A stretch of 64,000 bases of DNA from Rhodospirillales bacterium (GTDB lineage Bacteria > Pseudomonadota > Alphaproteobacteria > Rhodospirillales > JANQFP01): NCBI GenBank assembly GCA_028277795.1, contig JANQFP010000207.1, positions 83,804 to 147,803 on the forward strand. The letters are read 5' to 3'. Positions 28,426 to 37,742 of this stretch are shown here, one piece after another. The translations under genes and the position numbers were made by a program. Each line of letters starts with the position of its first letter. The stretch's first letter is position 1. Under the pieces are notes generated by a model that was not told the DNA's origin, ran no database searches, and saw only the letters and a list, made by a program, of their open reading frames with translations.

Positions 28426-29406
28426 ATGCCGCTGAACGGCAAGTCGGTCCTGATCACCGGTGGCACTGGGTCTTTCGGCCGGCGGTTCATGGAACTGGTT
28501 CTGGCGCAACATCAGCCGAAGAAGCTGATCGTGTTCAGCCGCGACGAGCTGAAGCAGGACCACATGCGCCAAGCCTACGCGGCGGACGGAAACACGCCTG
28601 TCCGCTACTTCGTCGGCGACATCCGCGACAAGGAGCGGTTGCACCGTGCTTTCCATGACGTCGACGTGGTGATCCACGCGGCCGCGCTCAAGCAAGTGCC
28701 GGCGTGCGAGTACAACCCCTTCGAGGCGGTGCAGACCAACATCCTGGGAACCCGCAATGTCATCGACGCAGCCATCGACTGCGGCGTTAGAAGGGTCCTG
28801 GCGCTAAGCACGGACAAGGCTGTCAACCCGGTTAACCTCTACGGCGCCACCAAGTTGTGCGCCGAGAAGCTGGTGGTCCAGGGCAACTCCTATTCGAGCG
28901 TCGAGCGGACCCGCTTCAGCTGCGCCCGCTACGGCAACGTCGTCGGCAGCCGGGGCAGCGTCATCCCCCTGTTTCTCCGTCAGCGGATGAACGGTCGGGT
29001 GACCGTGACTGATCCGCGGATGACCCGGTTCTGGATCACCCTGGACCAGAGCGTGGCATTCATCATCCGGTGCCTGGACATGATGCAGGGCGGCGAGGTG
29101 TTCGTGCCCAGGATCCCGAGCATGGGCATCATGGACCTGATCGAAGCCGTGGCCCCGGACTGCGAGGTCGAAGCCATCGGCATTCGTCCGGGCGAGAAAA
29201 TCAACGAACTCCTGATTTCGCCGGATGAGGCACGGCATACATTCGATTTGGGCGACATGTACGTCATCTACCCGGCGTTCAAGGAATGGCACATGGACCT
29301 GCCGAAAGGGGCCCAGCCGTTGCCCGTCGATTTCGCCTACTCCAGCGACACCAACGACGACTGGCTGAGCCCGGCGCGTCTGCGCGAGCTCGTGGCCGAT
29401 CTTTGA
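28426..29406 (+). CDS. pseB: UDP-N-acetylglucosamine 4,6-dehydratase (inverting), PseB/FlaA1-like
   Basis: VLITGGTGSFG, FSRDELKQ, GDIRD, YGATKLCAEK (YxxxK), and a length of about 326 aa. The other pse genes are in the same locus. Confidence 0.8.
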   Translation: MPLNGKSVLITGGTGSFGRRFMELVLAQHQPKKLIVFSRDELKQDHMRQAYAADGNTPVRYFVGDIRDKERLHRAFHDVDVVIHAAALKQVPACEYNPFEAVQTNILGTRNVIDAAIDCGVRRVLALSTDKAVNPVNLYGATKLCAEKLVVQGNSYSSVERTRFSCARYGNVVGSRGSVIPLFLRQRMNGRVTVTDPRMTRFWITLDQSVAFIIRCLDMMQGGEVFVPRIPSMGIMDLIEAVAPDCEVEAIGIRPGEKINELLISPDEARHTFDLGDMYVIYPAFKEWHMDLPKGAQPLPVDFAYSSDTNDDWLSPARLRELVADL

Positions 29407-29527
29407 GCAGTGACTCGCGTTCTAGCAGGAAATCCGTAACCCATTGAAACCGCACGGTTGAAATGCGTTTCGTCGCCAGCATTGACTGGACTTGGGCCGA
29501 TCCGTGTGGTCCTATGGTGCGCACTTT

Positions 29528-29547
29528 TTAGTTCGTCTCAGAACTAA
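29528..29547. promoter_or_regulatory. Perfect 7-6-7 inverted repeat upstream of the first radical SAM gene
   Basis: TTAGTTC-gtctca-GAACTAA, 16 nt upstream of the ATG at 29563, in a relatively AT-rich 156-bp gap. It could be an operator or an mRNA hairpin. Confidence 0.4.
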
Positions 29548-29562
29548 TCGCAGGAAGAAGCC

Positions 29563-31095
29563 ATGCCCTTGCGGAAAGTGATGCTGATCCACCCGGCGCC
29601 CATCTCCCAGATGCCGTCGGGCATCGGGTATTTGGCCGCGATCCTGGAGATGCGCGGAATCGAGGTTTCGATTCTGGTCAACAGCTTCCGCGCCCACATG
29701 AGCAACGAGGTCATCGCCGAGCGGGTCGAACGTGAGCGTCCGGACATTGTCGGCCTCAGCTTCGTCACCTGGAACCTGCTGGAAATCTACGACCTCATCG
29801 GCCGCCTCAAGGCGTTAGGGGTCACGGTCGTATGCGGCGGCGTGCACCCGACCGTTCGGCCGCGCGAATGCCTGGATGCCGGCGCCGACATCATCGTCCG
29901 CAACGAAGGGGAACATACGCTTGGCGAGTTGATCGACGTGTTAGCTGGAACGGAGGACCGGACCCTCGCCGAAGTGCCGGGCCTCGCCTACATGCAGGAC
30001 GGTGTCTATCAAGAGACCCCTGCGCGCCCCCGCATCAATGCCCTCGACGAGCTGCCGTTCCCCGCCCGCCACTTGTTCGATATCGATCAGTTCCGCGTTC
30101 CCGGCGGTGGGCCCAAGGGGTTCGAGCGCCTGTTCGCCGGGCGTGGTTGTCCGGCTCGATGCACGTTCTGCGACCGCTCAGTGTTCGGTTTCAAGTTCCG
30201 CATACGGAGCCCGGAACACTTGGTCGACGAAATCGAGCAGGTGCAGCGGGACTACGGCATCACGAACTTCAACTTCGGCGACGACACGTTGACGGTCAAA
30301 CGCGATTTCATGGCCGGGTTCTGCGAAGAACTGCGGCGGCGCGACATCCAGATCACCTGGAACGCGGCGACCCGCATGGACCGGGTCGACCAGGACCTGC
30401 TGCATCTGATGAAGAAGGCTGGCTGTTTCCAGGTGACCTACGGCCCGGAGAGCGGCGACCCCGAGACCCTCGAGCGGGTCAACAAGGGCATAAACCTCGA
30501 TCACATCTACCGCAGCGTCGAGATGAGCGCCGAGGCCGATCTCCGAGTGTATCTCAACTTCATGACCGGGTTCCCGTGGGAGACACCGAAACACGTGGAC
30601 CGAACCCTCAAGGTCATGAAGGATCTGGCTGAGGACACGTACTTGTTCCAGGTCTATGGCGCGGTCGTTCCCTATCCCAACACACCCATGTACGACGACT
30701 ATCACGAGGAGTACGGGTTTACCGACTGGTGGCTGCGGCCGGAGCACCAGAATGTGGGGATGGTCATCTACCAGAACGTCCCCGATCCGTACCGCTACAG
30801 CGTCTACTACCAGCGCAACCTGTTCGACGACACTTACATCTACAACGAAACCTTTTTCCGCTACACCTCGGAATTCAAAAAGAAAGTCAAAGAGTTGGCT
30901 TTCTTCGTGGGGCGGCATACCTTGGCCGCCCAGTACCGGTCGCGGGCCCGCCAACGGGCCATGTACGTCCTCGGACGGCTGTCGCGGGTGCTGTATGAGA
31001 TGAACCCGACTCTGGAGATGGCATTGGCTTCGGCCCTGAATCCCGGCAACCGGGTCCACGACTACCGCCAGCTTGGGTACTTCAGGCCGCGGTGA
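29563..31095 (+). CDS. B12-binding-domain radical SAM enzyme (class B, methyltransferase-like) 1
   Basis: N-terminal cobalamin-binding Rossmann-like segment (PDIVGLSFVTWN...VVCGGVHPT...DIIVRNEGEHTL). CxxxCxxC motif CPARCTFC (30148-30171). About 510 aa. Confidence 0.8.
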   Translation: MPLRKVMLIHPAPISQMPSGIGYLAAILEMRGIEVSILVNSFRAHMSNEVIAERVERERPDIVGLSFVTWNLLEIYDLIGRLKALGVTVVCGGVHPTVRPRECLDAGADIIVRNEGEHTLGELIDVLAGTEDRTLAEVPGLAYMQDGVYQETPARPRINALDELPFPARHLFDIDQFRVPGGGPKGFERLFAGRGCPARCTFCDRSVFGFKFRIRSPEHLVDEIEQVQRDYGITNFNFGDDTLTVKRDFMAGFCEELRRRDIQITWNAATRMDRVDQDLLHLMKKAGCFQVTYGPESGDPETLERVNKGINLDHIYRSVEMSAEADLRVYLNFMTGFPWETPKHVDRTLKVMKDLAEDTYLFQVYGAVVPYPNTPMYDDYHEEYGFTDWWLRPEHQNVGMVIYQNVPDPYRYSVYYQRNLFDDTYIYNETFFRYTSEFKKKVKELAFFVGRHTLAAQYRSRARQRAMYVLGRLSRVLYEMNPTLEMALASALNPGNRVHDYRQLGYFRPR

Positions 31096-31185
31096 CCTGT
31101 GCGGCGCCGCGCCACGGCAGACCGCCCACCAATCGCGAATATCCACTAGTTGGCGAACGAAGAACGGTGCAAGAGCGGCGTCCGG

Positions 31186-32697
31186 GTGCTGTTCAATTCT
31201 TACGAATTCCTGTTTTTGTTTCTGCCTTTCACGGCGGCAGGCTTTTTCGTCGTCTCGCGTCTGTCGAATACGGCAGGTGCGGCGTGGCTGGGGATGGCCT
31301 CGCTCGTCTTCTATGCCTGGTGGGACCTCCCCAACGTCGCGATCCTGGTCGCCTCGATCATATTCAACTTCCTCGTCGGATCTCGGCTGGCGAGACACTA
31401 TGGCGACTGGCCGATCCGTCGGATCCATCTTCTCCTGGGACTTGGCGTCGCGGGGGATCTCGCGCTCCTGGCCTATTTCAAGTATCTCGGGTTCCTCGTG
31501 GAGTCCTTCGCCACCATAACCGGGGTGAGGGCGGACTTCGCTGCCGTCGCGTTGCCCATCGGCATCTCGTTCTTCACGTTCACCCAGATTGCCTTCCTCG
31601 TGGACGCCGCGCGTGGGCAGGCCAAGGAATACTCGTTCGTCCACTATACGCTGTTCGTCAGCTTCTTTCCCCATCTGGTTGCCGGCCCAATCCTGCATCA
31701 CAGGGAGATGATGCCCCAGTTCGCCAAGGCCGCGACCTACCGGCCCCGCCTGGCGAGCCTAGCCGTTGGCGCCGGCATCTTCGTCCTGGGCCTCGCCAAG
31801 AAGGTCCTGCTCGCCGACAACATTGCGCCCGTCGCCGACAGCGTTTTCCTGCATGCCGCCACCACCCAACTGACCATCGCCGAGGCTTGGGTCGGCAGCC
31901 TGGCGTATACCTTGCAGATCTATTTCGATTTCTCCGGCTACTCCGACATGGCCATCGGATTGGCGCGGATGATCGGCATCCGCATGCCGCTGAACTTCAA
32001 TTCCCCGTACAAGGCCACCTCGATCATCGAGTTCTGGCGGCGCTGGCACATGACGCTGTCCCGTTTCCTGCGGGACTACCTGTACATCCCCCTTGGCGGC
32101 AACCGCAGTGGGTCGGTCCGGCGCTACGTCAACTTGATGGTGACCATGCTGCTGGGGGGCCTTTGGCACGGGGCGGGCTGGGCGTTCGTGTTCTGGGGCG
32201 CCCTGCACGGGGCCTACCTGGTGGTCAACCATTTCTGGCGCCGGATGAACGTCACCCTGCCGGTGTGGCCATCGGCGGCGCTGACGTTCCTGGCGGTCAA
32301 TGTGGCGTGGGTGTTCTTCCGTGCCGAGGACATGGACACGGCCGTCTCCATCCTCCGCTCCATGAGCGGCCTCAACGGCCTCGACCTGCCGCCCCGGTTC
32401 GCCGCCGGCCTCGACGGCGTGCCGCTGTTGCGGTTCACGGGTTTGTTTCACAATCAGGTCGTCGATCCCCTGCCCGCCATGGCGTGGGTGGCGGCGCTCC
32501 TCCTCGTCTCCTGGCTTGCACCGAACTCCCAGCAGATCTTCGGCCGCTACTGCCTGGCGCCGAGCGGCGAGGCGGCCGCCTGGAGCCGATGGCGCGTGCG
32601 ACCGGGCCTGGTCACGGGCGTGGTCGCCGGCATCGTGCTCGCGGTCTGCCTGACGGTTCTGCATGGCCCTTCCCCGTATCTCTATTTCCAGTTCTAG
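31186..32697 (+). CDS. MBOAT-family membrane O-acyltransferase (AlgI/DltB/PatA-like)
   Basis: VLFNSYEFLFLFLPF N-terminus. FSGYSDMAIG, YKATSIIEFWRRWHMTLSRFLRDYLYIPLGGNR with the catalytic His, and LLGGLWHGA. GTG 31186 is preferred over TTG 31150. Confidence 0.85.
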   Translation: MLFNSYEFLFLFLPFTAAGFFVVSRLSNTAGAAWLGMASLVFYAWWDLPNVAILVASIIFNFLVGSRLARHYGDWPIRRIHLLLGLGVAGDLALLAYFKYLGFLVESFATITGVRADFAAVALPIGISFFTFTQIAFLVDAARGQAKEYSFVHYTLFVSFFPHLVAGPILHHREMMPQFAKAATYRPRLASLAVGAGIFVLGLAKKVLLADNIAPVADSVFLHAATTQLTIAEAWVGSLAYTLQIYFDFSGYSDMAIGLARMIGIRMPLNFNSPYKATSIIEFWRRWHMTLSRFLRDYLYIPLGGNRSGSVRRYVNLMVTMLLGGLWHGAGWAFVFWGALHGAYLVVNHFWRRMNVTLPVWPSAALTFLAVNVAWVFFRAEDMDTAVSILRSMSGLNGLDLPPRFAAGLDGVPLLRFTGLFHNQVVDPLPAMAWVAALLLVSWLAPNSQQIFGRYCLAPSGEAAAWSRWRVRPGLVTGVVAGIVLAVCLTVLHGPSPYLYFQF

Positions 32698-32704
32698 GCC
32701 GCTG

Positions 32705-33841
32705 GTGACGGGGTCGCGGCGGTTCCTGACCGGGTTTGCCGGGGCCTGTCTTTTTGTCCTGTCGGCCGTCGCGGCCGTCAACTTCTCCGTCGATGTGGGC
32801 CGAATCTACCCGCCAGCCCATGGGGAACTGGACCAGTTCGCCACGGCCTACGTCACCCGGCTGCTCGGCAGCGAGCGCCGCCTCGTGGCCCCCGTGTTCG
32901 AGCGGGCGATCAAGCTGAAGCTCGCCGACATGTCGTCTGCGTCGTGTTTGGTGGTCGGCTCCAGTCATGAAATGCAGATATCGGTCGCGACCCTGCCGCG
33001 GTTAAAGGATTGGTGTCCGTCGTTAGCCAACGTCGCCGTGTCGGGAGGCAGCCTAGAGGATTTGATCGCGATGATGGGCAAGGCCTTGGCGAAACCCGGG
33101 GTGACGACGGTGATCCTGGGACTTGCACCGTGGTCGTTCCGCTACGGCGCGGACGAGCGGTGGGCGTTGCATCGCGACGCCTATGTAGAGGCCCGCGCGC
33201 GTCTCGGCCTCCCCATGCGGGCCGACGACGACTGGGGGGCACTGGCGAAGGTCGCGAACCTGGTCAGCGCTACCTACTTCCTGCGTAACTGGGAAGTCCT
33301 GCGCGGCACCCACAATCGCGCCGCGCCCGGTGAAGTCGTCGAGGCCCCGGCGGGAGCGGCGAACGCGCCGAATCAGGCCGCGACGTTCGACCACGACGGG
33401 GCCTATCGGTATCCACAGCGGTTTCTTGACCGGGGGTCACGGCCCGCTGGGAGGGTCGGCGACGGCAGTTACCGGATCGCCGAGCCCTTCATCGACAAGA
33501 CTGCCGCTGCGGATTTCGAGCTAGCCGTCTCGTCTTTGCAGCGTCACGACGTCGCGGTCGTGTTTCTGTTGATGCCCTACCACCCGAAGGTGCTGACCTG
33601 TTCGAACGAGACCGTATGCCAAGCGTTCAGAACCGTCGAGTCGTACGTCCGGCACCTGGCCGGCCGTCGCGGCATCAACGTGATCGGCAGTTACGACCCG
33701 TCGGCCTTCGGTCTCCAGGCCCGGGATTTCATCGACGACATGCACCTGGAACGATCGGCGATCCGCCATGTCGCGCCGCTCCCCCAAGGTTCGCCGGCCG
33801 GATCGCCGTCGCCCGGCGCCGGCGCTGTCATCTCGAGATGA
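32705..33841 (+). CDS. SGNH-like partner of the MBOAT (AlgJ/AlgX/DltD-type O-acyl transfer protein)
   Basis: N-terminal TM anchor (FAGACLFVLSAVAAVNF). SGNH-like blocks LVVGSSH, VSGGSLED and DDMHL. Lies immediately downstream of the MBOAT. The start is uncertain (GTG 32705 or upstream). Confidence 0.6.
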   Translation: MTGSRRFLTGFAGACLFVLSAVAAVNFSVDVGRIYPPAHGELDQFATAYVTRLLGSERRLVAPVFERAIKLKLADMSSASCLVVGSSHEMQISVATLPRLKDWCPSLANVAVSGGSLEDLIAMMGKALAKPGVTTVILGLAPWSFRYGADERWALHRDAYVEARARLGLPMRADDDWGALAKVANLVSATYFLRNWEVLRGTHNRAAPGEVVEAPAGAANAPNQAATFDHDGAYRYPQRFLDRGSRPAGRVGDGSYRIAEPFIDKTAAADFELAVSSLQRHDVAVVFLLMPYHPKVLTCSNETVCQAFRTVESYVRHLAGRRGINVIGSYDPSAFGLQARDFIDDMHLERSAIRHVAPLPQGSPAGSPSPGAGAVISR

Positions 33842-34012
33842 CAAGGCGGACCCGGTCGATTAGGGTGCTATTTCGAATGCACATCATTAGCAAGAAGCCC
33901 CTTCGAGCCTTGCGACCCTCTGAACTCTGCGGTTCCGTATGGTCGGATATCCAGCGGGAGCAAAAGTGGATGACGACCGTCGGGCCGCGATCGACATGAG
34001 GGTGAGCCTGCC

Positions 34013-35518
34013 ATGAAGCTTCTTCTTGTCTTTATGAACAACGAGTACCGGCCGTTCGTTCCGCCGACCCTGGTGAGCTTGGAGGGATACATCGAAGCCC
34101 ATGGCCACGAGGTCGAGGTGTTCGATACGTCGTTCCATGCCGAGATCCTCAATCTCGGGAATCTGGAGAGGAACATCGAGGCAGGCTTCGTTTTCGGCGT
34201 CGACTACTCGGGCGTCGGGGTCGAGATCAAACACGACTCGTTGCGGGACAAGTTCAAGCAGGCGATCGGCGATTTCCGTCCCGACCTCATCGGTTTTGGC
34301 GTCTACGGCACCACGATCGAGAAAGCGGACGAGTTGGCACGGTCGGCGAAGGAGGAGTTCCCGGGAATTCCGATCATTTACGGTGGGCCGGAGGTGGCGG
34401 TCGCCCCTGTGACGATTCTGCAGAAGGGCTGGGTAGACCTGATCTGTATCGGCGAAGGCGAGAAAGCGTTATTGGATGTCTGCAATCGCATCGATGCTGG
34501 GGAGTCCGATTTCTCCGGCATCCACAACATCTGGTTCTTGAACGACGGCGATATCCATCGATCGCGCTTGGGAGCGTTCATCGATCTCAACGACCTGCCG
34601 CCGCCGGATTGGAGCAGCTACGCCCCATACCATCATTACGGACCGATCGAGGGGAACGTCTATCGTCTGGCGATGGTCGAGTTTTCGCGAGGGTGTCCCT
34701 ACTCATGCACTTACTGTGAAAGCACGACCGTAAAGAACATGTACGCGAAGGATGGAATCACGAAATACAATCGCCGCAAGTCTCCCGAGAAATTCGTCAG
34801 TGATTGCGAGTTCCTTGTGAATGAATACGACGTTGAGTTCTTTTACTTCACGGATGGCACGTTCCTGACCATGCCGACGCCGGTTCTGGAGGAACTGGCG
34901 CACCTGTTCGCGAGCAGGGTCAACCGGCCCTTCCTCTGCCTGACCTCGCCCACCTCGGTCACCGAGGACCGGGCAAGGCTGCTCAAGAAAATGGGGTGTT
35001 ATCAGGCCAATATGGGTATCGAAGCCGGCGATCAGGATTACCGAAAGGACGTCCTGGGACGTCCCGGGGTCGGTGACGACGCGATCGTCCGGGCGTTCCA
35101 TGCCATGCAGAATCAGGGAATCCGTACCAGCGCCTACAACATGATCGGCATGCCCTGGCAGGACAGGAAGGACGTCTTCAAAACCATCGAGCTAACCAGG
35201 AAATGCGCGCCGACACGGACGAATTTGTCCATCTTTATGCCGTTCGAGGGAACCATTCTGACGGATAGGCTGAAGGAGGAAGGGTATATTTCTGCGGATA
35301 CCGTCCTTGGTGACGAATCCTCGTGCACAGTGGACGTGCCAGGCGACATGAGCACGGAGGAGATCCTGGGCCTCTACCGGACCTTCCAACTGTACTGCAA
35401 GGTTCCTAGAGAGCTTTTCCCGTTGCTCGAGGCGTGTGAGGCGGACAACGACACGTCGCGGTTCGTGATCAGCAAGCTGCGGCAGATCTACCTCGAGGAC
35501 CGGGGGCCCACCATTTGA
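34013..35518 (+). CDS. B12-binding-domain radical SAM enzyme (class B) 2
   Basis: N-terminal B12-like segment (PDLIGFGVYGTT...IIYGGPEV...DLICIGEGEKAL). CxxxCxxC motif CPYSCTYC (34694-34717). GC content looks lower than in neighbouring genes. Confidence 0.8.
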   Translation: MKLLLVFMNNEYRPFVPPTLVSLEGYIEAHGHEVEVFDTSFHAEILNLGNLERNIEAGFVFGVDYSGVGVEIKHDSLRDKFKQAIGDFRPDLIGFGVYGTTIEKADELARSAKEEFPGIPIIYGGPEVAVAPVTILQKGWVDLICIGEGEKALLDVCNRIDAGESDFSGIHNIWFLNDGDIHRSRLGAFIDLNDLPPPDWSSYAPYHHYGPIEGNVYRLAMVEFSRGCPYSCTYCESTTVKNMYAKDGITKYNRRKSPEKFVSDCEFLVNEYDVEFFYFTDGTFLTMPTPVLEELAHLFASRVNRPFLCLTSPTSVTEDRARLLKKMGCYQANMGIEAGDQDYRKDVLGRPGVGDDAIVRAFHAMQNQGIRTSAYNMIGMPWQDRKDVFKTIELTRKCAPTRTNLSIFMPFEGTILTDRLKEEGYISADTVLGDESSCTVDVPGDMSTEEILGLYRTFQLYCKVPRELFPLLEACEADNDTSRFVISKLRQIYLEDRGPTI

Positions 35519-35634
35519 GAACGACGGTCCGTCGCACCTGTTCGGCACCCGGACAACCGCGGTCGAGATACATCCGGTCGGTTCTGCTTTCCTGACGATC
35601 CTGGGCTTCCGGGCCCCGCTGCCATCGCGTTCCC

Positions 35635-36438
35635 GTGGTCGCACTTCAAGATAGACTGGTCGATACCTTCGCCGAGACATGGCGCGACTGCGGCGTGAGC
35701 GATGGTGATGTCCTGCTCGTGCACAGCAGCCTGCGGCGGACAATTAGGTCCGGTCGCCGAGTATGGAAGGGCGTGACCCCGACGACCATCGTCGAATCTT
35801 TGCTGGGCGCCGTCGGCGCCGACGGGACGCTTCTCCTTCCCCTGTTCAATTTCGGTTTCGCCGATGGCGCCGAGTTCGACATCCGTCACACGCCGTCGGA
35901 AATGGGCGCCCTGACTGAGGCCGGGCGTCTCTATCCCGGCGCTGTCAGGACCGGTCATCCGATCTACTCGTTCGCCGCGATCGGCGCCCAGGCGCCGCGG
36001 TTCGCGAAAGTGGTCAACTTCAGCGGTTACGGACCGGATTCGCCATTCGCCCTGTTGCGGGAACTGGGCGGAAAGATCGCTGTCCTCGACCTCCCGGAGG
36101 CCGGCAGCATGACCTTCTATCACCACGCCGAAGAGATGCACGCCGTTCCCTACCGGTACCACAAGACCTTCCGCGGTCCCTATACGACTTGGGATGGCGA
36201 AACCTCGGTGCGGGAATTCGGGCTGTTCGTGAGGGACCTGGAAGACGGTGTCGAGGCCCATCTGGACCCTATGGGGGAACTGGCGTGGCGGCACGGCCTG
36301 TATTCCGGCCACCGGGCGGGCACCGGCAGCGGCCTGCGCGTCGCATCGGCGCGGGCGCTGTACGACTTGGCGTCCTGGGTCATCACCTCGGGGGTCGCCG
36401 AGGGGACCCTCTACCGGAAACGGGAATCGGCGCGCTGA
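35635..36438 (+). CDS. AAC(3)-family (aminoglycoside 3-N-acetyltransferase fold) N-acyltransferase
   Basis: GVSDGDVLLVHSSLRR..., GTLLLPLFNF, TPSEMGALTE and HPIYSFAAIG are typical of the AAC(3)/YokD family. GTG start. Confidence 0.75.
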   Translation: MVALQDRLVDTFAETWRDCGVSDGDVLLVHSSLRRTIRSGRRVWKGVTPTTIVESLLGAVGADGTLLLPLFNFGFADGAEFDIRHTPSEMGALTEAGRLYPGAVRTGHPIYSFAAIGAQAPRFAKVVNFSGYGPDSPFALLRELGGKIAVLDLPEAGSMTFYHHAEEMHAVPYRYHKTFRGPYTTWDGETSVREFGLFVRDLEDGVEAHLDPMGELAWRHGLYSGHRAGTGSGLRVASARALYDLASWVITSGVAEGTLYRKRESAR

Positions 36439-37742
36439 TGGACTCGACCGACGACACGCGCGCGCTCGGCGAGACCATGTTCGGACGGGTGCGCGACCTG
36501 TTTCCCTACTGTCGCAGCATCACCGGCGACGGCGTGCGTCAGACGCTCCGGTACCTGCGCGACATCGTGCCCGAGATGGTCATTCACGAAGTTCCGTCAG
36601 GCACGGAGGCGTTCGATTGGACGGTCCCGGACGAATGGAACATCCGCGATGCCTATGTGGAGGACGAGACCGGCGAACGGGTCGTCGATTTCCGGGAAAG
36701 CAACCTGCATGTGGTCGGCTATTCGGAGCCGGTCGACCGGTGGCTCGATCTCGAGGACCTCGACCCGCACCTCTATTCCCTTCCGGAGTTTCCCGACGCC
36801 ATCCCGTACGTGACGTCCTATTACCGGCGCCATTGGGGATTCTGCCTCACCCACTCCAGGCGGCAGCAACTGGCGCCTGGGAGGTACCACGCGGTGATCG
36901 ACAGTACGCTGAAGCCCGGTCACCTGACCTACGGCGAAATCGTCATACCGGGAGACTCGGAGCAAGAGGTTTTGGTTTCTACCAACATCTGCCACCCTTC
37001 GCTCGCCAACAACGAGCTGTCAGGGCCGGCGGTCGCTACCTCACTTGCCGAGTGGCTGCGTGGGTTGCCGCGGCGGCGTTATACGCACCGTTTCCTATTC
37101 ATCCCGGAGACCATAGGATCCATCGTCCATCTGAGCCGCAACCTGGAGGTGATGCAGAGGACCACCGTCGCCGGATTCACCCTGACCTGTGTTGGCGACG
37201 ACCGTGCCTACTCGCTCAAGCGGTCGCGGCGCGGCGACACTCTGGCCGATCGGGTGGCCAAGCACGTACTGAACCAGCATGCGCCCGGCCACGTCGAATA
37301 CGCGTTCTCTGACTACGGTTTCGCCGACGAACGCCAATACTGCAGCCCGGGTGTCGATCTGCCCGTGGTGTCCCTGATGCGGTCGCGGCTCGCCGGCTAT
37401 CCCGAGTACCATACCTCGCGTGACAACCTGTCTTTCGTATCGCCGGGCGGGCTCCTGGGTGGGTTCCACGTGGCCAGGACGTGCCTTGAGATTCTCGACG
37501 GCAACTACGTTTACCGCACGGCGACTCTGTGCGACCCCCAGCTCGGCCGGCGAGGCCTCTACCCCAACCTCAGCACCCGCACCAGCCCCGAGCACACCCG
37601 GGTGATGATGGGAATCATCGCCTACGCGGACGGGAGCCGAGACATGGTGGAGATCGCCGACCTGATCGGCGCGGACGCCGCCGAATGCATCGCCATCGCC
37701 GAGCGGCTGCATCGGGCCCAGGTCATGGACCGGATGACCTGA
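36438..37742 (+). CDS. DUF4910/DUF2172 aminopeptidase-like (M28-fold) protein, copy 1
   Basis: MFGRVRDLFPYCRSITGDGVRQTLRYL...EVPSGTEAFDWTVPDEWNI...SLANNELSGPAV...RFLFIPETIGS. This is the COG4310-type 'aminopeptidase-like domain' protein. Start ATG shares 1 nt with the upstream stop. Confidence 0.7.
   Translation: MDSTDDTRALGETMFGRVRDLFPYCRSITGDGVRQTLRYLRDIVPEMVIHEVPSGTEAFDWTVPDEWNIRDAYVEDETGERVVDFRESNLHVVGYSEPVDRWLDLEDLDPHLYSLPEFPDAIPYVTSYYRRHWGFCLTHSRRQQLAPGRYHAVIDSTLKPGHLTYGEIVIPGDSEQEVLVSTNICHPSLANNELSGPAVATSLAEWLRGLPRRRYTHRFLFIPETIGSIVHLSRNLEVMQRTTVAGFTLTCVGDDRAYSLKRSRRGDTLADRVAKHVLNQHAPGHVEYAFSDYGFADERQYCSPGVDLPVVSLMRSRLAGYPEYHTSRDNLSFVSPGGLLGGFHVARTCLEILDGNYVYRTATLCDPQLGRRGLYPNLSTRTSPEHTRVMMGIIAYADGSRDMVEIADLIGADAAECIAIAERLHRAQVMDRMT

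Noticed and set aside
29407-29562. Possible cobalamin riboswitch ahead of the B12-dependent radical SAM gene
   Set aside because: I found no B12-box-like GCCACTG core, and the gap is too short for the ~200-nt aptamer.
33939-34016. 25-codon ORF (MVGYPAGAKVDDDRRAAIDMRVSLP) ending in an ATGA overlap with the second radical SAM gene
   Set aside because: It has no convincing SD and no recognisable peptide features. Such short frames arise easily by chance. I noted it only because of the radical SAM context.
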